Below, one piece after another: positions 1 to 6,612 of a stretch of 13,016 nucleotides of DNA (position 1 is the first letter of the stretch; every line of letters begins with the position of its first letter). Location: IMG/VR virus record IMGVR_UViG_3300033066_001079, positions 1 through 13,016 of that record; one strand, written 5' to 3'. Source of the stretch: a virus. Its lineage: Duplodnaviria; Heunggongvirae; Uroviricota; Caudoviricetes. The notes under the pieces are model-generated. The model was given only the letters and a program-made list of their open reading frames with translations. It ran no database searches and was not told the origin of the DNA. The position numbers and the translations under genes are program-made.

Positions 1-3000
1 TCTTCGCCCTTTGCCTTGCCGATTGCTCCCTCTAGCTGTTCGAGAACATTAAGAGGCAACTCAACGGTTATAGTGCTAGGAGCCATTGCTGCTCCGGGCG
101 CTCCGCCTGCCATTGGATCTCCGCCGCCAACGTCTCCGCCCATTGGGTCGGATGCTGGGTCTGCCGCAGGGTCAGCGAACGGATCAACGTCTCCGCCAAA
201 CTCGTCGCCGCCACCCATGCCCGGATGTTCTGGCGATGCTCCGCCGCCCATCTCAGGAGATGAAGCCTCAGGCGCTCCGCCTCCCAACTCGTCGCTTAGG
301 TGATCTTCAAACTGAGCATACTTTGCCTTGATTTGGTCGCAAACAAAGCATGCCTTCTTCATTGTAAGGCCTGTGCGTACAAAGTCTTCTACGCATTCAA
401 CCATTTGGTCTTCCTTAGCCCAAACAGACGCTACCTTGATAGCAATGTCATTAGAATAGACGCCAGCCGTAGAAAGCTTCTGGCATACGCAGTCGGCAAG
501 GTTCTTTCCCTCGCATGGACCGCTTAGAGCAAGAGCGTTCTCTCCGTACTTACGAGCAATCTTCATGCGGCAAGTTTCGATTGGGAACTTATCGCCAAAG
601 CCTGCCGTCTTCTTGAGTCCAGCAAGAACTGATTCATTTGCAGAAGCAGTCTTTACTGCGACAAACAATCCCTTATTCTTCATAGCAAGAATTGTCTTGC
701 CCTTATCTGCCAACTGCATTGCGTCGAATACGTCCTCGCTGAGGCCATGCGTCTTTAGAGCAGAAGCAAAAGCCTTCTTGGTGCGGTGACAGCCGGGGCA
801 TCCCAAGTTCGTTGGTCTAGCGTCGAAACGCCATTCCGCAAACATAGCTTGCTTACCAGCTTGCTTTACGCCTCGTAGATGAACTTCATAGTTCTTGCCC
901 GTATCGAGGCACAAGAACTTATTGTCAGCAATCTTCATGACTTCAGACGAGCCAGTGAAAGGACTTACGCCGCCCAAAGACCATGTAAGACCCTTGGCCT
1001 TGAAGTCTTCCGAAGCCTTCTTAACCATTTGAGAGTTCAACTGAACCATTGCAGCAACAGGAATGCTTTCCTGAGCTTGGCTTGGGTCAGGCAGAGCAAA
1101 GCCTTCGCCGCCCTCTTCTTCGCCCATGCCTTCGCCGCCAAGACCCTCTTCTGTATCTTCAGCGCCAGAGTCAAGGATGCCCGGAGCTTTGGTCCATTCG
1201 CCAATGATCTTCCAAGTTACTTCTGCACCGCAGTTGTTACACTTAGACTTTCCATCAAGAACGTCTACGTCAGTAGAACCGCACATTCCGCAGAGAGTAC
1301 CCGGTGGCTTTGGCTGCATATCGCTATCGTCGCCGCCCATTGGGTCTTCTTCGCCAGCGCCAAGGTCACCCGGCTGTCCGCCTAGGTTCTCGGCTGGTGG
1401 CATTCCGCCTGCGCCCATATCAGCGCCGGGCATGGTTGCTCCGGCTCCGCCTTGAGCGCCGCCGCCTCCCATACCGCCGCCCATTTGTCCGCCCATCATC
1501 TGAGCTTCCTTAACAAGATTTGCTCGATTTGTAGAACGAGCGGTCTTGTCTTGCGGCTTTGCGGTTGCAGTCTTGAACTGAGAAGTTACAGCAGAAGCAA
1601 AAGCCTTCTTCTCTTCGTCAGAACAGATTCGCTCTTCCTTGCATTCAACTTCAAAGATTCCGGCTTCCTTGTCGAGGTTTACGTTTGCAATAACAAATGG
1701 AACGTCAATGTTCTGCTTAGCAAAAGCAAGCAATGACTTCATAAACTCGCTCTTATTTGCAGGGTCAGCCGTTACGTCGTCCTTCAAGGTTCCGCAAAGC
1801 TTATAAAGTCCGTCTTCTGGACGGTCTAGCTCGGCAAACGCCTGACGGAACATAGAAGCCTTATCAACTACGACTTCGCCAGTATCTTCTCTGGAAGCAA
1901 TCTTAGTATGAGCGCTGCTTTCGGCAGACGCAAACGCCTTCTTGTCAGTAACGACAAACTGGATAGCGTCAACAAAGTCCTCTCCCTTGAGATAACCAAT
2001 GTTGTCAGCCATTGCAGATATGAAGGAGTCGATTGGCTTTAGATTATTAGAAATGGAAGCGCTCTTGGCGAAATAGTCGCGACGCTTGCGGCTTGCAACT
2101 CTTGCCTGAGTCTTGGTTGGGGCTGCATTTACCAAAGTAAGGTAAGAAGCCTTGATTGCAGACTGAGGAGAAGCGGTAATCTGACGAACAGCGGCGCTAA
2201 TCTCGGTTGGAGTTAGGCCGTAGTTGGCGATTGCGTCTGCTACAGCAGAAGAAGCTGCCTTTACGAGATCCTTAGCCGAAGAAGCCCAACGAGCCGAATC
2301 CGACTTCCCTTCTGGGGAAACCTTCTTCTGTCCATTAAGCTGATCCTGCGTAACAGTCTCAGGAGCGGTCCACTTATGAGAAGACTGCAAGCTTACAAGC
2401 TGTGCTTCGGTCGTCTTGTCGGTATAATCGGAACCCAAAGACGAAGAAACTCGACGGCTCATCTCGGTCCATTGAGCTTCGGTAATAACTTCTGGGTACT
2501 CGTTCCAACGAACAGCATGGTCGCTATCAATAGACTCAAGCTGAGCCTGAGTAATAACTTCCGGAGCAGCATCCTTGCGGAGCGCGTTATTGTCAGAAGT
2601 TGTATCGTTAACGTCCTTAAGTTCGCCCTTACCCTCTAGCTGAGCCTGAGTGGTAACGGTTGGAGCCTTGTCCTCTCTTGGATGAAGCGGACCAGCGTTT
2701 TCTAGCTGCTTCTGAGTGGTAACTTCCTGCTGAGCAGAACTACCCGCCGCTGTTTTGGTGGTGTTGTGAGACATAGTTACTCCTGACTCCTTTTGGTATT
2801 GACTTAGTATTGTCTTGGCTGCTTCCTGAGGATTGGAAGTTATGAGAGCCTTAAGCTCATCGCCAAATTCCTCAGCAGACGCCCAACTTACGAGCTTATT
2901 ATCTTTCCATTTCCCTACTACTGTTTCGTTATTTTCTGCACTAGCAACTGTTACTTTAAGATTACCTTCAGATACTTCAGCAACGTGTTCAGAATTAGCC

Positions 3001-4388
3001 ACTTCTACTCTCCTTCTGTCGAATAAATCTAAAGATAGTTGTAGCGCTGAACTTACGCGCTCCAATTGACTTGTCTTATTTCTTGCTTGCTTCAAGAATT
3101 CCTTCTTTAATTCTTCTGAAGCCCCTGTAAAAGTCGGTCGAGTAACGCTTCCTAGGCCGTCCAAGCTTGCCGAAGACGGCGGAGAACCCTTTCCAGATTG
3201 CGCCTCTGGCTGAGGTTGAGCCTGTCCTTGACCGCCTACCTGTTGAGGATTCATGACTTGCTGAGACTGTCCCGTAACAGGAGCAGTCATTATGTTTCCA
3301 AGAGCAATCTGATGCTCTGGCGGAGACGCAAGTTGAGCATATCCCATTTCTACAAGTTCGTCTGTCAAAGACTGAACCTTAGCAAGTTGTTCAACAAGAT
3401 CGCTTACATAATCAAGCTGAACTTGATTCTTTTGAGCCATCATAGAACGAGCAACATGCTCCATAAGATTCATAGCCTGCGTCAAAGCCTGAAGCTCCGA
3501 CTGTCCAGCCGTCTTCTCAAGAGAACCCTCATTCATTTTGCTAACCGAGTCATTCATTACGGAAGCAATCTTCTGAAGCTCAGCTATCTTTGTAGATACC
3601 TTAGTCTCAAGATCTGCTGTAAGAATTTCGCAAACAAGGCAAGAATGGCAAGCCGGATTGACAACGAAGCTGTCTTCAATAAACTTGATGTCATAGTTCC
3701 ACTCGTAAACACGAGCTTCCTTATGAATCATCTCTTTAGATTCTGATTTCTTTTTACCGTCTACAGGGCAAGGCTCTTCTGGCTTGCATGAACTGTCATG
3801 GAACTTACAATCGTATTTTCCGCTTAGTTTACGGTTCTTTCCATTCTTTATGTGAGTACAGAACTCGTCGGCAGTATGAGCCTTGTTATGGCAAATAGAG
3901 CAAACGGAGTGACCGACTTGCGCTCCCATCGAGGTGCCTGTAATGTAGCCCTCTTCAATACCTCTCGCCAAACGAGGGTAGGCGCTGCGATCAACCATGT
4001 TAATGCAGTAAATGCCCTTTGAAGGCTCGTCATACCAAGCATGAACAACTTTGCCACGAGCGTTTTCTACGTTATCATTTTGATGGTTTACAAAGACAGG
4101 AACGCCAACAAATGAGGCTGCTCCCTTCTTTAGCTCTTCAATAGAGAAGCAGTCGCCGTTGTCATTTACTTCATTGGCTTTGATAGCAAAAACCTTAACG
4201 AACAAGTTCTCAGGGTTCTTTTCAATAGCCGCAGAAAGATCGAAGCCGCCAAGGTCTACGTCCTTGGACTTGTCTATAGAAGCAACTTTTATGCGACTAG
4301 TGTTATAAAGGCTCCATGCCCAACTCTTAGGCAAATTAAGAGCCTCAATAGACATTTTCTGATCTGTATGAGCTTTCTTCTTGAACAT
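1..4388 (-). CDS. Prohead (maturation) protease fused to a long scaffold/core-like region; at least 1462 aa, runs off the left edge
   Basis: Not in the ORF track because it has no stop in the window. Manual translation from ATG 4388 (AGGAG at 4398-4402, 9-nt spacer; TAATG overlap with the upstream stop) is open to base 1 and begins MFKKKAHTDQKMSIEAL. It has N-D-N-G-D, FVNH (H102), GTSMG (S153) and IEDSFVVNPA (E238), matching the H / G-x-S-x-G / E-x-S-x-V-x-x-P-A pattern of HK97-type/assemblin-fold prohead proteases. The rest is helical or low-complexity with Cys motifs. Confidence 0.85.
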   Translation of the reverse strand, partial: MFKKKAHTDQKMSIEALNLPKSWAWSLYNTSRIKVASIDKSKDVDLGGFDLSAAIEKNPENLFVKVFAIKANEVNDNGDCFSIEELKKGAASFVGVPVFVNHQNDNVENARGKVVHAWYDEPSKGIYCINMVDRSAYPRLARGIEEGYITGTSMGAQVGHSVCSICHNKAHTADEFCTHIKNGKNRKLSGKYDCKFHDSSCKPEEPCPVDGKKKSESKEMIHKEARVYEWNYDIKFIEDSFVVNPACHSCLVCEILTADLETKVSTKIAELQKIASVMNDSVSKMNEGSLEKTAGQSELQALTQAMNLMEHVARSMMAQKNQVQLDYVSDLVEQLAKVQSLTDELVEMGYAQLASPPEHQIALGNIMTAPVTGQSQQVMNPQQVGGQGQAQPQPEAQSGKGSPPSSASLDGLGSVTRPTFTGASEELKKEFLKQARNKTSQLERVSSALQLSLDLFDRRRVEVANSEHVAEVSEGNLKVTVASAENNETVVGKWKDNKLVSWASAEEFGDELKALITSNPQEAAKTILSQYQKESGVTMSHNTTKTAAGSSAQQEVTTQKQLENAGPLHPREDKAPTVTTQAQLEGKGELKDVNDTTSDNNALRKDAAPEVITQAQLESIDSDHAVRWNEYPEVITEAQWTEMSRRVSSSLGSDYTDKTTEAQLVSLQSSHKWTAPETVTQDQLNGQKKVSPEGKSDSARWASSAKDLVKAASSAVADAIANYGLTPTEISAAVRQITASPQSAIKASYLTLVNAAPTKTQARVASRKRRDYFAKSASISNNLKPIDSFISAMADNIGYLKGEDFVDAIQFVVTDKKAFASAESSAHTKIASREDTGEVVVDKASMFRQAFAELDRPEDGLYKLCGTLKDDVTADPANKSEFMKSLLAFAKQNIDVPFVIANVNLDKEAGIFEVECKEERICSDEEKKAFASAVTSQFKTATAKPQDKTARSTNRANLVKEAQMMGGQMGGGMGGGGAQGGAGATMPGADMGAGGMPPAENLGGQPGDLGAGEEDPMGGDDSDMQPKPPGTLCGMCGSTDVDVLDGKSKCNNCGAEVTWKIIGEWTKAPGILDSGAEDTEEGLGGEGMGEEEGGEGFALPDPSQAQESIPVAAMVQLNSQMVKKASEDFKAKGLTWSLGGVSPFTGSSEVMKIADNKFLCLDTGKNYEVHLRGVKQAGKQAMFAEWRFDARPTNLGCPGCHRTKKAFASALKTHGLSEDVFDAMQLADKGKTILAMKNKGLFVAVKTASANESVLAGLKKTAGFGDKFPIETCRMKIARKYGENALALSGPCEGKNLADCVCQKLSTAGVYSNDIAIKVASVWAKEDQMVECVEDFVRTGLTMKKACFVCDQIKAKYAQFEDHLSDELGGGAPEASSPEMGGGASPEHPGMGGGDEFGGDVDPFADPAADPASDPMGGDVGGGDPMAGGAPGAAMAPSTITVELPLNVLEQLEGAIGKAKGE
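80..290 (-). repeat. Gly/Met/Asp/Pro low-complexity coding tract in the protease-scaffold ORF
   Basis: Translates LGGGAPEASSPEMGGGASPEHPGMGGGDEFGGDVDPFADPAADPASDPMGGDVGGGDPMAGGAPGAAM. aacgtctccgcc recurs at about 129 and 186. Confidence 0.75.
1330..1500 (-). repeat. Gly/Met-rich coding tract in the protease-scaffold ORF
   Basis: Translates QMMGGQMGGGMGGGGAQGGAGATMPGADMGAGGMPPAENLGGQPGDLGAGEEDPMGGDD, directly after KEA. Confidence 0.75.
2337..2726 (-). repeat. Six degenerate peptide repeats, consensus x-x-x-T-[QE]-[AKD]-Q-[LW]
   Basis: EVTTQKQL, TVTTQAQL, EVITQAQL, EVITEAQW, DKTTEAQL, ETVTQDQL, spaced 22, 33, 23, 24 and 20 codons. DNA copies tagctgcttctgagtggtaac (2703-2723) and tagctgagcctgagtggtaac (2637-2657) differ by one codon. 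Confidence 0.8.
2772..2791 (-). promoter_or_regulatory. Candidate internal ribosome-binding site and in-frame ATG (M539)
   Basis: Minus strand reads AGGAGtcAGGAGtaactATG: two AGGAG motifs, with spacers of 12 and 5 nt before an in-frame ATG at 2774. Confidence 0.5.
3000..3015 (-). promoter_or_regulatory. Candidate internal ribosome-binding site and in-frame GTG (V463)
   Basis: Minus strand reads AAGGAGagtagaaGTG (7-nt spacer), in frame with the protease ORF. The motif is built from consecutive AGA AGG AGA Arg codons. Confidence 0.5.
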
Positions 4389-6172
4389 TAAGTCAATCTC
4401 CTAATCAAACTCTTTGCAACAGCGGCCATATTAGCATTAGGTTCTTCTGGGGCATTTTGTACTTGCGGCTGCTGCGGAGCTTCATTGGCTTGCGGTACTG
4501 CTTCTGGTTTAGGCTGAAGCGGCACTTTTGCTGGAACTCCCTTTGCTTCTTCAAGAGCTTTCTGAGCTACGTCCAAGCTTCGAGCTTGAGCGTTGATACG
4601 AGGTATGTTTCCTCCCTTACCGGCTGCTACTTGTACCATCTTATCAACTGCTGATTGAGGATCGTCTGTTTCGTCTACAACTGTCCATTCGTCTAAGTAC
4701 GTCTTCTTATTTCCGCGAGTATCTTGGTAATACCTTTCATTCTGCACTCTACGAGACTCGCTTATGCTATTAGATACTACCACCCATCGCACATCTCTAT
4801 CGACAATAACATCCTCTCCTCCTCGGACAGGATTCTCTACTTTAGAAATAGATTTAGGATCAACAAACGGTCGAGCTACAGCTTTTCCTTCTCCAAGATT
4901 CTTTGCTCTAATGAACTTAGGTCCAACCATTAGAATATAGAAACCTTCAAAAGAAGTATGTACGTCTTCTTTGCCTTTGTCCGCTCCCGTCATATCTAAG
5001 AAGTTTCGCAACTGCTGTAGAGCCTGAGCAGAAACCGCCCATTCTAGCTGATTTTGTGGGTTTGGAGCATTCAAACGATTCTCGCTATCAGGACTCATGG
5101 TATAAACCAATCTAGTTCCCTTAACAAGACCGTCATAGTCTATTGCTTCATTCTTACTAGCAGGACGAACGATGTGATTTGTTCCCAAACGAGAAGGCTC
5201 AAGAATCGCAGCAATCTGTTGAGGATTCATATAGACATTCTCTCCGTCAGAGAGAGCGGCGCTTCCTCGTCCCTTAAATCCTTTACGCTGTCGCAAGAAC
5301 AAGCATCCATTCTCGTCGGCATAAATGCCAAAGATAAACTTAGCCTGACTTGGTTGCTGAGAAACTAGGCTGTGAGCCATTCCATTGTCAATATGAAAAG
5401 CTATGGGACCAGTAATGTCTGGCTCTGATTGCTCAGCAACATAGTCTTCAACAACATTTTGATGGCCCTTGGGTGGAACATAAACCACACCCTTACCCAA
5501 CATGAGTTGATTGCCTTTGAAAAACTGCCTCGTGTTCTGTGCAGCTTGACCGGCAAAAACTGGGATCTCGTCAAGAGAACGAATAATAGGTCTGAAGCCC
5601 TCTCCATATGGAGCAATAACTAGTGGCCCCTGTGGATATGAGGAGTTTCCGCCTGTATATGGCTTTATCTGCCTATTCATGTTTCCCCGCTGAGTCATGA
5701 CTTCAAAGCCGGGAATACCTTTATAAGCATATCCAAAGAGCGAAATCCAATACTTAGTGCCAGCGCTATGCGGCGTGTTGTTTGGAGGAAGCTGAATTCC
5801 AGTTTGTTGAACAAACTTAGCTGTTTCTGCTAGCTTACGAATATTTGCGGGAGCGTCTGGACTATTGAGGTATCTTAGAGTGTCGTCTGATACGGCTCGG
5901 TCTTCGGCATAAGCGACCCATAGCATTCCTGCATAGTCTTTCTTTTGCGCGGCATCCATTTTTCTGAACTCGCCATCAAACTCTTCTAGCTTCTTAGAAA
6001 TAGCTCTCTTAGGAGCGTCTGGAAGTTTTGCCAATCGCTGACCTATAGAGTTTCGATCAAAACGAACCCAATGAAGATCTCTCTTATTGAGTTGATTCTG
6101 ACCTTGAAGCATGCCCATGTCGGACTGCTTCAATAGTCTGTCAATGATAGTTTTGGCAGAAGTATACATCAT
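4388..6172 (-). CDS. Hypothetical protein, 594 aa (candidate minor head/internal protein by position)
   Basis: Long open frame coupled at both ends: ATGA overlap at 6169-6172 and TAATG overlap at 4386-4390. No family recognised. Has a P/Q/E/A-rich C-terminal tail. Confidence 0.8.
   Translation of the reverse strand: MMYTSAKTIIDRLLKQSDMGMLQGQNQLNKRDLHWVRFDRNSIGQRLAKLPDAPKRAISKKLEEFDGEFRKMDAAQKKDYAGMLWVAYAEDRAVSDDTLRYLNSPDAPANIRKLAETAKFVQQTGIQLPPNNTPHSAGTKYWISLFGYAYKGIPGFEVMTQRGNMNRQIKPYTGGNSSYPQGPLVIAPYGEGFRPIIRSLDEIPVFAGQAAQNTRQFFKGNQLMLGKGVVYVPPKGHQNVVEDYVAEQSEPDITGPIAFHIDNGMAHSLVSQQPSQAKFIFGIYADENGCLFLRQRKGFKGRGSAALSDGENVYMNPQQIAAILEPSRLGTNHIVRPASKNEAIDYDGLVKGTRLVYTMSPDSENRLNAPNPQNQLEWAVSAQALQQLRNFLDMTGADKGKEDVHTSFEGFYILMVGPKFIRAKNLGEGKAVARPFVDPKSISKVENPVRGGEDVIVDRDVRWVVVSNSISESRRVQNERYYQDTRGNKKTYLDEWTVVDETDDPQSAVDKMVQVAAGKGGNIPRINAQARSLDVAQKALEEAKGVPAKVPLQPKPEAVPQANEAPQQPQVQNAPEEPNANMAAVAKSLIRRLT
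4398..4402 (-). promoter_or_regulatory. Shine-Dalgarno site of the protease-scaffold gene
   Basis: AGGAG 9 nt before ATG 4388, embedded in the AGG AGA codons at the end of the upstream gene. Confidence 0.7.
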
Positions 6173-6612
6173 GCCTTTACATGCTCCGGGATATCCACTG
6201 ACTCTAACGCTTCACGATTATAAGGAACTTGCCCCTTAGGAATACGAATACCCCATCGCTGGCTGGCATAGACCAACGCTCCCTTGATAGTTGGAAAATA
6301 TTCTCCATATGGGCTATAAGTCTTAGTATCAGGATCTTTGGTAAACTCTTCCAAAGGAATCTTCTTGATGCCTGCAAAGAACATCTTACCAACATTATGC
6401 TGCACAGACGGACCAACAACTACATAGTATATTGAGTTGGTAGTATAATCATGGCCTTCCCATCGGTAATAAGAACCCGGTCCAAGTTCTTTGTCGAACT
6501 TTTCCTTCTGAGGAGCAGACCTCTCTCGGTACATCTCCTCCCACTTAATACCACGGTCTTTGATTCTCTTGCGACCGGCGACCTTAGCCAAGTTGTATAC
6601 TAGTTCGCTCAT
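6169..6612 (-). CDS. Hypothetical protein, 147 aa
   Basis: ATGA overlap with the portal stop and GGAG 10 nt upstream. Aromatic-rich, globular-looking sequence (YYRWEGHDY...YYVVVGP...YGEYFPT). No function assignable. Confidence 0.8.
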   Translation of the reverse strand: MSELVYNLAKVAGRKRIKDRGIKWEEMYRERSAPQKEKFDKELGPGSYYRWEGHDYTTNSIYYVVVGPSVQHNVGKMFFAGIKKIPLEEFTKDPDTKTYSPYGEYFPTIKGALVYASQRWGIRIPKGQVPYNREALESVDIPEHVKA

